Assembly: GCA_963846575.1 (NCBI GenBank)
Contig: CAWJWJ010000002.1
Span: 2,592,001 to 2,656,000, forward strand
DNA length: 64,000 bases
Origin: an uncultured Nitrospiraceae bacterium
GTDB lineage: Bacteria > Nitrospirota > Nitrospiria > Nitrospirales > Nitrospiraceae
Reading direction: 5' to 3'
The notes under the pieces are model-generated. The model was not told the DNA's origin. It saw only the letters and a program-made list of their open reading frames with translations, and did not search any database. Within the stretch, counting starts at the first letter, position 1. Each line of letters begins with the position of its first letter. Made by a program: the position numbers and the translations under genes. Shown piece by piece: positions 1 to 9,877 of the stretch.

Positions 1-2
1 AA

Positions 3-1265
3 GGACGAAGGCGGATCGTCGCCTGGTGGCAGCAGCTGGAGCCCAAGGAAGTCTTCATCCTCAATAAGCTCTTGACGGGCTCCTTGCGTATCGGAGTGTC
101 CGAGACACTGGTGTACCGCGCCCTTTCCGAGTTGTGGTCCCTGCCCCAGGCCGTCATCGCCTCCCGCCTGGTGGGCAGTTGGCATCCCACCGGAGAATTC
201 TTTGCGCGGCTGGGGTTGCCGGCCCACAGCCCGTCGCTGGCCGGTGAGGAGGCCGATGCCTTGCTCCCGGTGCCGTTTTGCCTCGCCGCGCCGCTGGATC
301 ATGAACCGATGGAACTGGGCGATTTGAAAGAGTGGCAGTGTGAATGGAAATGGGATGGTGTGCGTTGTCAGGTGGTAAAGACCGGTTCACGGATCGAGCT
401 GTGGTCACGCGGTGAAGAACGGATCACCGCCTCCTTCCCTGACCTTGCGCGGGCCCTGATCCAGCTTCCCGGCGACTGGATCCTGGACGGCGAGGTCGTC
501 GCTGGGGACTGGACACGTCCCGGCTCCTTTCAAGCCTTGCAGAAGCGCCTCCACCGCAAGAGCCCGTCGGCCGGTCTCATGGCAACCCATCCCGTGGCTT
601 TTCTGGCCTACGACCTGTTGCAATTAAATGGGGTGCCATGGAGGCATCGTCCGCTCACGGAAAGGCACGCGTGCCTGAACCAGCTCCTGAGCGGAGACAT
701 CCCTCCGACAATCGGGCTCTCGCCCCCGCTCGCGCCGGCTTCCTGGGCCGAAGTGGCTAGTCTGCGGTCAATGGCCAGGAGCCAGGGTGCCGAGGGATTG
801 ATGATCAAGAGCAGGCACAGCCGTTATGAACCCGGCCGCAAGCGGGGCGTCTGGTTCAAATGGAAGATCGATCCCCTCACCATCGACGCCGTCCTGACGG
901 CCGCTCAACCGGGTACCGGACGGCGGGCGTCGCTCTATACCGATTACACCTTTTCACTGTGGAATGGGACGGCATTGATTCCGGTCGCCAAGGCCTACTC
1001 GGGGCTCACCGATGCGGAGCTGCGTGAATTAGACGGGTGGATACGCAGGCATACGACGGATCGCTTCGGACCGGTCCGTTCGGTGAAACCCCTGCGGGTC
1101 TTCGAAATCGGATTTGAAGGCATCAGCCGGAGCGACCGGCACAAATCAGGGTACGCCGTCCGCTTCCCGCGCATTCTCCGGGAACGCACGGACAAGCGAC
1201 CGGAAGAGGGCGATCGAACTCCACAGCCTCGAAGCGGTCCTCCGATCCCTCATACCAGCTTCTGA
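3..1265 (+). CDS. ATP-dependent DNA ligase (ligase-associated repair cluster type), 5'-truncated by the window edge; probable +1 frameshift at ~1217-1218 with the true end at 1359
   Basis: The frame is open from base 3 (GRRRIVAWW...). It has adenylation motif EWKWDGVR, LDGEVV, EGLMIK, WFKWK and OB-fold RFPRI. It lies upstream of Lhr and PdeM. Confidence 0.92.
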   Translation, partial: GRRRIVAWWQQLEPKEVFILNKLLTGSLRIGVSETLVYRALSELWSLPQAVIASRLVGSWHPTGEFFARLGLPAHSPSLAGEEADALLPVPFCLAAPLDHEPMELGDLKEWQCEWKWDGVRCQVVKTGSRIELWSRGEERITASFPDLARALIQLPGDWILDGEVVAGDWTRPGSFQALQKRLHRKSPSAGLMATHPVAFLAYDLLQLNGVPWRHRPLTERHACLNQLLSGDIPPTIGLSPPLAPASWAEVASLRSMARSQGAEGLMIKSRHSRYEPGRKRGVWFKWKIDPLTIDAVLTAAQPGTGRRASLYTDYTFSLWNGTALIPVAKAYSGLTDAELRELDGWIRRHTTDRFGPVRSVKPLRVFEIGFEGISRSDRHKSGYAVRFPRILRERTDKRPEEGDRTPQPRSGPPIPHTSF

Positions 1266-1355
1266 TGGCAGTTCCCGCGTCACGATTCCGGACGACCCGT
1301 CATCCTGTACCCCGGAACAATTGAGGCTCGATCTCAGCGGCCGGACGGATGGTGC

Positions 1356-3914
1356 ATGAATCCCCCGCAGAAGCTCTTACAGCGCATCCGCAGGCTCAAT
1401 CGCGCGGGGCCGGCCGCACCCGCGGCCGAAACGGCTCACCGGCCGCCCCGGCGGGCGGAGGCCTGGCCGGCCCTTTCTCCCGATCAGGCCGCGGCGCGGT
1501 GGCTCGCGTGGTTCACCGCACAAGGATGGACTCCGTTTCCGTTTCAACGGGAGGCGTGGGACGCCTTTCAGCGGGGCCGGTCAGGACTCATCGCGGTGGC
1601 CACCGGCAGCGGCAAGACGTATGCGGCGGTGGGAGGGCCGCTGATCCAATTGATCACCCGGCCCCCTTCGACGAGTCCTGCGCAGCTTTCGATTCTCTAT
1701 GTCAGTCCCATCAAGGCCCTGGTCCGTGACATCGCCCAGGCGATCACGAAACCACTGGAGGATCTGCAGTGGCCGGTTGAGGTAGGCCTGCGCACGGGGG
1801 ATACAGCCGCCGTCATTCGCCGCCGCTTCAAGGTCCGGGTGCCTCACGTTCTGGTGACGACGCCCGAATCACTGGCGCTCCTGCTCACAGAGGAGGGATG
1901 GGAGGCGCGCATGCAGGACCTGCAGTCGATCGTCCTCGACGAATGGCATGAGCTGCTTGGAACGAAACGCGGCAGTCTGCTCGAATTGTCCCTGGCCCGT
2001 TTGCGTTCCGTGGCAACCCAGGCCCGGGTGTGGGCGCTGTCGGCCACGATCGCGAACCTCGACGTTGCGGCGGCGGCCGCAGTGGCATCAGAGGAGCCCA
2101 CGATCATCCGGGCGGAGATTCCCAGGAACATCCAGGTGCGCGCCATCCTCCCTGCCTCGATTGCCTCCTGCCCCTGGTTCGGATACTCGGGGCTCCGTTT
2201 ACTGTCCGACGTCGTCCGCACCATCGACCCGTCCAGGAGTACGTTGATCTTCACGAACACCCGCTCCCACGCCGAGCGCTGGTATCAGGCGATCCGGGAG
2301 GACCAGCCTCAGTGGGCCGACAGCATGGCCTTACACCATGGCTCGCTGGATCAGGACGAACGGCACCGTGTGGAGGACGGCATAAAATCCGGCCGGCTAC
2401 GTCTGGTGGTCGCGACCTCTTCGCTGGACCTCGGAGTGGACTTTCCGCAGGTCGAAGACGTCATTCAAATCGGGTCGGCGAAATCAATTGCCCGGGCCAT
2501 TCAACGGGCCGGGCGCGCCTTTCACCGTCCGGGCGAGCAGACCCAGATACGACTCTGTCCGACGAATGTTCTGGAGATCGTGGAATCGGCGGCGGTCCGC
2601 GAGGCCCTGCGGGATGACGTGCTGGAGGAGCGTGCGCCGCTCGCCAAGCCACTGGATGTCTACGTGCAGTTTCTTTTGAACTCCGCCTTTCAGCAGGGAT
2701 TTGTTCCGGCGGAGGTCCTGGCTCAGGCCCGCTCGACCTATTCCTTTCGGGCAATAACCGACGAAGAAGCGTCGTGGGCATTGCACTTCATCCAGTCCGG
2801 CGGGTCGCTGTCCACCTATCCCGAGTTCCGCAAGATCCAAGGGGTCGACGGGTACTATCGGTTCGCCTCACCGGCTCTGGCCCGCCAGCACAAGATGAAC
2901 ATCGGCACGATCCTGTCGGACAGCGGCGTGCTGGTACAAATGAGAGGCGGCGCCAAACTCGGCGTGATCGATGAGACCTTTGCCGCTAAATTGCGACCGG
3001 GCGATGTCCTTCAGTTCGGGGGACGCACGGTGGCGTTCCTGCAAATGCGGGACATGACCGCCTTTGTGAAACCTGCCCGGGACCGGAGTCCGGTCGCGGC
3101 CGTGTGGAACGGGACGATCCTCCCCCTCAGCGCGCCCCTCTCACTCTATGTACGCCGGGAGATCGATCAGATGAGACGGGCGGTGGAAGGCGGGCCGGCG
3201 GACTCGCCCGAGATCGCCGCCCTGCTGCCCATCGCGCGCATTCAACATGCACGCTCGCGAATTCCCGCGGCCGATCAGACGCTGGTGGAGCAATGCCGCA
3301 GCCGAGAGGGACACCACCTGTTCGTGTACACCTGGGAGGGGTGGAGCGTGAATGAAGGCCTGGGCCACGTGGCGGCCTATCGCCTGTCGCACCGCCACCC
3401 CAACACTATTGCCGTATCGGCCAATAACTACGGGTTTGAACTACTCTCGACCGAACCGCTCGGAACGTCCGACGAGATCCGCAAGGCCATCAGTCACGTC
3501 GATGATCTCGAACAGGACATTCATGCGTCATTGAATTACCCCGAACTTGCAAAGCGAGCCTTTCGGGAAATTGCCCGGGTGGCCGGGCTCATACACCAGG
3601 GAACGCCCTTCGCCCGGAAATCGACGCGCCACCTCCACATGAGTGCTTCGCTTCTGTTCGACGTGCTCCGCCAATATGAGCCCGATCATCCGCTATTGAC
3701 GCAAGCGTACCGCGAGGTCTACGAGCAGCCGCTGCAACTCGACCGCCTGCGGAGCGTCATGGCGGCCATCGCCGGTCACAAGCTTCTCCACATCCCTGTC
3801 GCGCGCCTGACGCCCTTCGCCTTCCCTCTCTTTGTTGAACGCATTCGATCGCGCCTGTCGACGGAGAATTTCGAGCAGCGCATCGCGCGCCTTCAACGGG
3901 AGGTCTTCCGCTGA
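1356..3914 (+). CDS. lhr: Ligase-associated DEXH-box helicase (Lhr-core family)
   Basis: TGSGKT Walker A, TTPESL, DEWH, SAT, HHGSL, SLDLGVD and QRAGR motifs; 852 aa; operon context. Confidence 0.9.
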   Translation: MNPPQKLLQRIRRLNRAGPAAPAAETAHRPPRRAEAWPALSPDQAAARWLAWFTAQGWTPFPFQREAWDAFQRGRSGLIAVATGSGKTYAAVGGPLIQLITRPPSTSPAQLSILYVSPIKALVRDIAQAITKPLEDLQWPVEVGLRTGDTAAVIRRRFKVRVPHVLVTTPESLALLLTEEGWEARMQDLQSIVLDEWHELLGTKRGSLLELSLARLRSVATQARVWALSATIANLDVAAAAAVASEEPTIIRAEIPRNIQVRAILPASIASCPWFGYSGLRLLSDVVRTIDPSRSTLIFTNTRSHAERWYQAIREDQPQWADSMALHHGSLDQDERHRVEDGIKSGRLRLVVATSSLDLGVDFPQVEDVIQIGSAKSIARAIQRAGRAFHRPGEQTQIRLCPTNVLEIVESAAVREALRDDVLEERAPLAKPLDVYVQFLLNSAFQQGFVPAEVLAQARSTYSFRAITDEEASWALHFIQSGGSLSTYPEFRKIQGVDGYYRFASPALARQHKMNIGTILSDSGVLVQMRGGAKLGVIDETFAAKLRPGDVLQFGGRTVAFLQMRDMTAFVKPARDRSPVAAVWNGTILPLSAPLSLYVRREIDQMRRAVEGGPADSPEIAALLPIARIQHARSRIPAADQTLVEQCRSREGHHLFVYTWEGWSVNEGLGHVAAYRLSHRHPNTIAVSANNYGFELLSTEPLGTSDEIRKAISHVDDLEQDIHASLNYPELAKRAFREIARVAGLIHQGTPFARKSTRHLHMSASLLFDVLRQYEPDHPLLTQAYREVYEQPLQLDRLRSVMAAIAGHKLLHIPVARLTPFAFPLFVERIRSRLSTENFEQRIARLQREVFR

Positions 3915-4562
3915 ATGCGCATCGACGTGCGTGAGGAGGAATTCGAATTGCTACCCGAGCGAGCGCTGTTCTGGCCCTCCCGAGGCCTGCTGGCCGTGGC
4001 CGATTTCCACCTGGGTAAGGCGGAGACGTTTCAGCAGCATGGACTCTGCCTCCCGTCCGCGTCACATCGGACGGATCTCGCCACACTGAACAGACTGGTG
4101 GCCGGCCGGCCCGTGCGCCAGCTTGTCTTTTTGGGCGATCTTGTCCATTCGATGGCCGGGGTGACGCCCCGGGTAATCGACGCATTTGCGCGGTGGATGG
4201 ACAGTTTCGAAGGAGAGGTGGTGGTCGTCCTGGGCAATCACGATGCCGGCCTGGCCAAACGCTGGCCCAAAGCCTGGGAGCGTGCGCGGCGCTGCAGCGA
4301 CGTCCGGTTGGGAGATTTTGTATTCCAGCATGAGCCGGTCAGTAGAGCCGGGCCGGGAGGAGAATTCTATTGGGTCGGTCACGTCCATCCCATGATTCGC
4401 CTTCGGAGAGGTCCCGACCGTGTCAGGCTACCGGGGTTTGTGGTCTCGGAGTTCCAGGGATTGCTACCGGCCTTTTCGACCAACAGCGGAGGCTATGACG
4501 TACCCACCGCTTGCAGGGATCGCGTGTTTGTCTCCGGGGGCGGACGGGTGTATGAAGTGTAG
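3915..4562 (+). CDS. pdeM: Ligase-associated metallophosphoesterase/endonuclease PdeM
   Basis: ADFHLGK, LGDLVH, GNHD, HEP, GHVHP and LPAF motifs; abuts the helicase stop codon. Confidence 0.88.
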   Translation: MRIDVREEEFELLPERALFWPSRGLLAVADFHLGKAETFQQHGLCLPSASHRTDLATLNRLVAGRPVRQLVFLGDLVHSMAGVTPRVIDAFARWMDSFEGEVVVVLGNHDAGLAKRWPKAWERARRCSDVRLGDFVFQHEPVSRAGPGGEFYWVGHVHPMIRLRRGPDRVRLPGFVVSEFQGLLPAFSTNSGGYDVPTACRDRVFVSGGGRVYEV

Positions 4563-4712
4563 GGACCGGGAGGTCCGAGGAGATCCGTCTGTGATCTCCG
4601 CATCTACTCGCACGCCTGCCATGCAGCCCGGCCTTCACTCATTGACTCCCTGAGGCCGCTCGCTACATTCTAGGCGTCGGGCACCCCAGTCATCTCGCCA
4701 TGGAGGGTTTTC

Positions 4713-5372
4713 ATGTCCCGGACAATTCGCCTGCTCACAACGACGCTCACGACCCCGATCGGAAATTTGGTCCTACTCTTCGACGAGAAGGGATACCTGC
4801 GAGCAGCCGACTGGTCGGACTATGACGAGCGCATGCACCGACTGCTCGCACGCCACTATGGAAAAAATCGCGTCACGCTGATACCGTCGCCACCTTCGTA
4901 CGCCCTCGCCTCGGTCATTGCCGCCTATTTCGATGGAGATCTTCGTGCAATCGATTGTCTTCCGACCGCCACGGAAGGCACCTCGTTCCAGAAACGCGTC
5001 TGGGACGCATTGCGCGAAATCCCCGCCGGGCAGACCCTGAGTTATAGCGAACTCGCGAAGCAGATCGGGCAACCGAAGGCGGTCCGTGCAGTCGGACTGG
5101 CCAATGGCGCCAATCCGATCGGCATCGTCGTACCCTGCCATCGCGTGATCGGAGCGGACGGTTCGCTGACCGGCTATGGCGGAGGCCTGGAACGCAAACG
5201 CTGGTTGTTGCAACACGAGAAGCAGCCGATCCAGCATTCCTCAGCTGACTCTGCTCCATACAGAGGCAGGGAATATACTACCGGGCCCGGGGCTCCCGGC
5301 TCGAGGAAACTTGGGGTCTGGTGCTCCGATCCCGACGGCTACCGTTGGGAATCGGCTGCCGGCAAGAAGTAA
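4713..5372 (+). CDS. ogt: Methylated-DNA--protein-cysteine methyltransferase with an atypical C-terminal extension
   Basis: PCHRV active site, FQKRVWDAL, RAVGLANGANP, GYGGGLERKRWLL; GGAGG RBS upstream. Confidence 0.92.
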   Translation: MSRTIRLLTTTLTTPIGNLVLLFDEKGYLRAADWSDYDERMHRLLARHYGKNRVTLIPSPPSYALASVIAAYFDGDLRAIDCLPTATEGTSFQKRVWDALREIPAGQTLSYSELAKQIGQPKAVRAVGLANGANPIGIVVPCHRVIGADGSLTGYGGGLERKRWLLQHEKQPIQHSSADSAPYRGREYTTGPGAPGSRKLGVWCSDPDGYRWESAAGKK

Positions 5373-5508
5373 CAGGACGGCGACGACCTGACGGAAGGTT
5401 CAGGACACTCATCCCGCGGCCTGGTGGACCCATCGGCTATCGTGCCGGAAAGGACCCTGCGCCCCCGTCTTTTGCATCACCAGGCCCGACTGTGTATAAA
5501 CTGACCGG

Positions 5509-6894
5509 GTGACGCGATGGCTCATCATCATCCAGCGCATCCCCAGCTGTCGTCTGCCAGTCCTCACCACTGCATCTCTCTGTTTGGTCGCCTCGGTCCT
5601 CTACGTGCTCCTCATGGGCATGACGCCCCCTGACAGCCGCGGCGAATCTCCGGCGGAACAGGCACCACACTCCGCCTTGGCTCCAGTCACGCTCCGTTTC
5701 GTCACCTGGAAGCCGGACCACCCGGGGGTTTGGGACGAGGCCATCACGCAATTCACCAAGGCTCATCCTCACATTTCGGTCGTCCGCGAACTGGCCCCGC
5801 ATTCGTCGACCGCCTATCACGATCTCCTGACACAGAAGCTCAAGAACCGGGATGTGACGCTCGACGTCTTTCTCATGGATGTCATCTGGGTGCCGGAGTT
5901 CGCCGCGGCCCACTGGGCGCGCTCGATCGACGAGCGATTCTCACCGGCGATGCGAGAAGCATTTCTTCCCGCCACCGTGACAGTCGGCCGGTACGGCGAC
6001 CACCTCTACGGTGTCCCGAGCCGGATCGATGCCGGCCTGCTCTACTACCGGCTCGATCTGCTCGAGAAATACGGCTTTACTGCGCCGGACACGTGGGAAG
6101 CACTCGTTCGTCAGGCGGAGGCCATCGTCGCCGGCGAACGGCGGACCAATCCGACGTTGCGCGGATATTCGGCACCGTTCAAGCAATATGAAGGCCTGGT
6201 CTGCCACATGTTGGAGTTCATCGAGGGACATGGCGGCGCACTCCTGACGCCCGATGGAACCAGGTCGACCCTGGCCACACCGGAAGCCCTTTCGGCGGTG
6301 CGGTTCGTTCGGGACAGCGTGATCGGCCGGCTCGCGTCACGCGCGGCGTTGACCTATCAGGAGCCGGAATCCCTTTCCGTCTTTCTCCAGGGTCATGCCG
6401 TGTTCCACCGGAACTGGCCCTATGCCTGGGAACTCGCCAACAACCGGACCCGTTCGACGGTGGCAGGTCACGTCGGCATCACATCCCTGCCGGGGTTCAC
6501 CCCCGGACAACATGCGGCCACGCTCGGCGGGTGGCTCTACGGCATCAGCGCCTATTCGCAACATCCGGATGAGGCCTGGGCGCTCATCGAATTCCTGTCC
6601 AGCCAGGCGACCCAAAAAATGTTCGCGCACCGGGCCGGTATTGCCCCCTCGCGTCTAGCCCTGTTCTCCGATGCGGAACTGCTGACTGCGATGCCGCAGC
6701 TCGGCAACCATTTTTCCGTCCTCCAGACGGCAACGGCACGCCCCCGTTCACCGGTCTATCCCGCGATCTCGCACCTGCTACAACGGTATTTCAGCCGCGC
6801 GCTGGCGATCGAGAACATAGATCTCGCCGAGGAAGCCACGACCACCGACGCCCATATCGATCGCCTGCTCGCCTTGACGAGGACCGCCCCATGA
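5509..6894 (+). CDS. Sugar ABC transporter substrate-binding protein (trehalose/maltose-like)
   Basis: N-terminal hydrophobic anchor; DVIWVPEFA, LLYYRLDLL, QYEGLVC, RNWPYA and LGGW motifs. The start codon is uncertain. Confidence 0.85.
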   Translation: MTRWLIIIQRIPSCRLPVLTTASLCLVASVLYVLLMGMTPPDSRGESPAEQAPHSALAPVTLRFVTWKPDHPGVWDEAITQFTKAHPHISVVRELAPHSSTAYHDLLTQKLKNRDVTLDVFLMDVIWVPEFAAAHWARSIDERFSPAMREAFLPATVTVGRYGDHLYGVPSRIDAGLLYYRLDLLEKYGFTAPDTWEALVRQAEAIVAGERRTNPTLRGYSAPFKQYEGLVCHMLEFIEGHGGALLTPDGTRSTLATPEALSAVRFVRDSVIGRLASRAALTYQEPESLSVFLQGHAVFHRNWPYAWELANNRTRSTVAGHVGITSLPGFTPGQHAATLGGWLYGISAYSQHPDEAWALIEFLSSQATQKMFAHRAGIAPSRLALFSDAELLTAMPQLGNHFSVLQTATARPRSPVYPAISHLLQRYFSRALAIENIDLAEEATTTDAHIDRLLALTRTAP

Positions 6895-7802
6895 GTCCCG
6901 CTCCCTCCACCGCCAGTACGCGGGAACGTCTGGCTGCCTGGTCCATGGTCGCTCCCGCGCTACTCGTCACCCTCGTCTTTGCGCTGTACCCCGTCGTGGA
7001 TTCCTTCTGGCTCAGCCTGCACCACATCTTCGTGGGCATTCCCTCGCTCGGCCATGCGTTCATCGGTGCCGAGAACTATCTGCATCTCCTGCGCGATCCG
7101 GTCGCGCAGCAGGCGCTGCTCGTCACCCTGGGTTTCGTGGTGCTCTCCACCCTGCTGGAACTTGGGTGCGGGCTGGTGATTGCATTGGTCATTCACGAAC
7201 GATTTCGCGGGCGCGGCCTCGTGCGCGCCGCCATCCTGATTCCCTGGGCGATTCCCACTGTGGTGGCCTCGCAATTGTGGCGGTACATCTTCAACGACCA
7301 GTATGGTGTGGCCAATCTCCTGCTGTTCGGTGACAAAGTGGCGGCCTACGTGCCCTGGCTGGCCTATCCGACCGTGGCCTTCGGTATCATTGTCCTTGCC
7401 GATGTCTGGAAGACATCCTGCTTTGCCGCCCTGCTGATCCTGGCCGGACTCCAGGTCATTTCCGACGATCTCTACGAGGCCGCCAAAGTGGACGGCGCCG
7501 GTGCTTGGCAACGGTTCTGGCGCATCACGCTGCCGCTGCTGAGGCCGGCGCTGCTCCTGGCGCTCTTGTTTCGCACCATGGACGCCTTCCGGGTCTTCGA
7601 TCTCGTCTTCGTCATGACGCAGGGCGGGCCCGGCGACGCGACCCAGGTGTTGCAGTTTTACGGGTACCAAACCCTGTTTACCGAAGGCCGTCTCGGTTAC
7701 GGCTCGGCCATCTCGGTCGCCGTCTTCCTCATGATCCTGAGTCTCTCGCTGATTTACCTCCGCGCAATCGGGTCAAGCCTGTTGGAGCGCCGACGCACAT
7801 GA
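6891..7802 (+). CDS. Sugar ABC transporter permease (MalF-like)
   Basis: Multiple TM segments; EAA loop LYEAAKVDGA; ATGA overlap with the preceding gene. Confidence 0.9.
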   Translation: MSPAPSTASTRERLAAWSMVAPALLVTLVFALYPVVDSFWLSLHHIFVGIPSLGHAFIGAENYLHLLRDPVAQQALLVTLGFVVLSTLLELGCGLVIALVIHERFRGRGLVRAAILIPWAIPTVVASQLWRYIFNDQYGVANLLLFGDKVAAYVPWLAYPTVAFGIIVLADVWKTSCFAALLILAGLQVISDDLYEAAKVDGAGAWQRFWRITLPLLRPALLLALLFRTMDAFRVFDLVFVMTQGGPGDATQVLQFYGYQTLFTEGRLGYGSAISVAVFLMILSLSLIYLRAIGSSLLERRRT

Positions 7803-8614
7803 ACCGACGGCTCCTGCTCCCAGCCGGCATCGTCGCCACGGTCGGCCTGAGTCTCTGGCCCTTTCTCTGGTTTGTGCTCACCTCGTTCAAATCCCAGGGC
7901 GAAATCGAAGCCGTGCCGCCCACCTGGTGGCCATCGGGCGGCCTGGGTTTTTATCGTTCCGCCCTCTTCGACCACCATTTGTTCAACTACGTGGCCAATA
8001 GCGTCGTGGTGGCCGGCTCGACCACGCTCGTGGCCCTGCTGATCGCGATCCCGGCTGCCTATGCTCTGGCGCGACTGACGATACCGGGGAAGCAGGGAAT
8101 TCTCGCGGTGCTGCTGTGCGTCTCCATGTTTCCGCAAATGGCCATCGCAGGACCTGTCTGGCGCCTGCTCGATACCATCGGCGGACTCAACCATCGATGG
8201 GGCGTCGTGCTCCCCTATGTGGCCCTGACGCTGCCCCTGGCCATTTGGATTCTGGCCAGCTTCTTCAAAGAACTGCCTCCGGAGCTTGAAGATGCCGCCC
8301 GCGTGGATGGCTGCGGTCCCTGGACCACGTTGTTCCGCATCACGCTTCCTCTCGCGGCCCCCGGAGTGTTCACTGCGGCGATTCTGATTTTGATCTATGC
8401 CTGGAACGAGTTTTTCTTTGCCCTCCTGATCCTGACCCAGCCTGAACAACAAACGCTTCCGGTGGGGATCGCGCTCTTCCAGGGAGAATTCACCATGCCC
8501 TGGGGAGAACTGGCTGCCGCCTCGGTGGTGGCAACCGTCCCGCTGATTGTGGTCGTATTACTCTGTCAACGCTGGATCGTCAGCGGACTCTCCGCCGGCG
8601 CGGTGAAAGGCTAG
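7799..8614 (+). CDS. Sugar ABC transporter permease (MalG-like)
   Basis: LEDAARVDG EAA loop and AWNEFFFAL; start placed at the ATGA overlap (7799) inside the longer ORF 7505..8614. Confidence 0.88.
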   Translation: MNRRLLLPAGIVATVGLSLWPFLWFVLTSFKSQGEIEAVPPTWWPSGGLGFYRSALFDHHLFNYVANSVVVAGSTTLVALLIAIPAAYALARLTIPGKQGILAVLLCVSMFPQMAIAGPVWRLLDTIGGLNHRWGVVLPYVALTLPLAIWILASFFKELPPELEDAARVDGCGPWTTLFRITLPLAAPGVFTAAILILIYAWNEFFFALLILTQPEQQTLPVGIALFQGEFTMPWGELAAASVVATVPLIVVVLLCQRWIVSGLSAGAVKG

Positions 8615-8617
8615 ACC

Positions 8618-9718
8618 ATGGCGGAACTGGAACTGCGGGCCGTCTCGAAATCGTTTCGAACCCAAACGGTCCTGCACGACATCTCCTGGCAGGTTCCGGA
8701 TGGCAGCTTCACCATTCTGCTCGGTCCCTCCGGCTGCGGGAAATCGACGCTGTTGCGCATCATTGCCGGACTCGATGCCCAGACCTCCGGTCAGGTGCTC
8801 ATCGATCATGCGGTCGTCGATCATCTTCCGCCGGCCGAACGCGACATCGCCATGGTCTTCCAACAATATGCGCTCTATCCGCATCTGTCGGTTCGCGACA
8901 ACCTGGCGTTCGCGTTGACCATCCGACGCACGCCACGGACAGTGATCGATGCCCGAATTGCCGAAGCCGCACAACTGCTCGACATTCACGCATTGCTGGA
9001 CCGGAAACCAAAGGACCTGTCCGGCGGTCAACGGCAACGCGTGGCGATGGGGCGGGCGATCGTCCGCAAACCCAAGCTGTTTTTGTTCGACGAACCACTC
9101 TCCAACCTGGACGCCCAGCTGCGCACCTCCATGCGGATCGAATTGAAGAAGTTGCAGCAACGGTTGAAGGCCACCATCATTTATGTCACCCATGATCAAG
9201 TCGAAGCCATGACGCTGGGCGATCGCATCATCGTGCTGGAAAGCGGCCGGGTCAGGCAGATCGATCCGCCTCAACGCCTCTACGCCGCTCCGGCAGACCC
9301 CTTCGTCGCCTCCTTCATCGGCACACCGCCGATGAACCTCTGGACGGGAACCTTGGCCAGACAGCAGGAGCACACGGTCTTTCGAAGCGGCGCCGTCGAC
9401 CTCTCCTTCCCGGCCGACCTGCTGGCGAGCCAGGCCGGGCCGGAATCGGATGTCACGCTGGGCATCCGCCCCGAAGACATCCGATTGCAGGCAGAGGCTC
9501 GCAGCATCCGGGTACAGGCGACAGTGGAACTCATAGAGGACCTCGGGGCCGATCTGCTCCTCCATTGCCGGGTCGGCCCGCTTCCGCTGGTGGTGCGCAC
9601 CGCTCGAGGATCAGCGGACCATCCGGGGTCGGCGGTCGGACTCTTCTTCCCCATCGATCGACTGCATTTCTTCAAGGACAACCGCCGTCTGGAGGGGGCC
9701 TCCCCTTCTCCCTCTTGA
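8618..9718 (+). CDS. Sugar ABC transporter ATP-binding protein (MalK/UgpC family)
   Basis: GPSGCGKST, LSGGQRQR, DEPLSNLD and YVTHDQ motifs; C-terminal TOBE-like region. Confidence 0.92.
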   Translation: MAELELRAVSKSFRTQTVLHDISWQVPDGSFTILLGPSGCGKSTLLRIIAGLDAQTSGQVLIDHAVVDHLPPAERDIAMVFQQYALYPHLSVRDNLAFALTIRRTPRTVIDARIAEAAQLLDIHALLDRKPKDLSGGQRQRVAMGRAIVRKPKLFLFDEPLSNLDAQLRTSMRIELKKLQQRLKATIIYVTHDQVEAMTLGDRIIVLESGRVRQIDPPQRLYAAPADPFVASFIGTPPMNLWTGTLARQQEHTVFRSGAVDLSFPADLLASQAGPESDVTLGIRPEDIRLQAEARSIRVQATVELIEDLGADLLLHCRVGPLPLVVRTARGSADHPGSAVGLFFPIDRLHFFKDNRRLEGASPSPS

Positions 9719-9877
9719 CTGCGGCAGCGCCTTCCTTATCTCTTTGAAGAGGACAATACACCGCGCAGAGAAAAACCGGCAGTTCACTTGCAATGCATCG
9801 GGAGACCTCGTAAGCTCCTGAAACGATTGCGCTCTTTGTCTGCGCGTTACGAATAATTCTGGCACGGACCGACACTG

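Noticed and set aside
7505..7798. Long N-terminal extension of the second sugar permease
   Set aside because: It overlaps the preceding permease out of frame; the ATGA-coupled start at 7799 gives a normal-sized protein.
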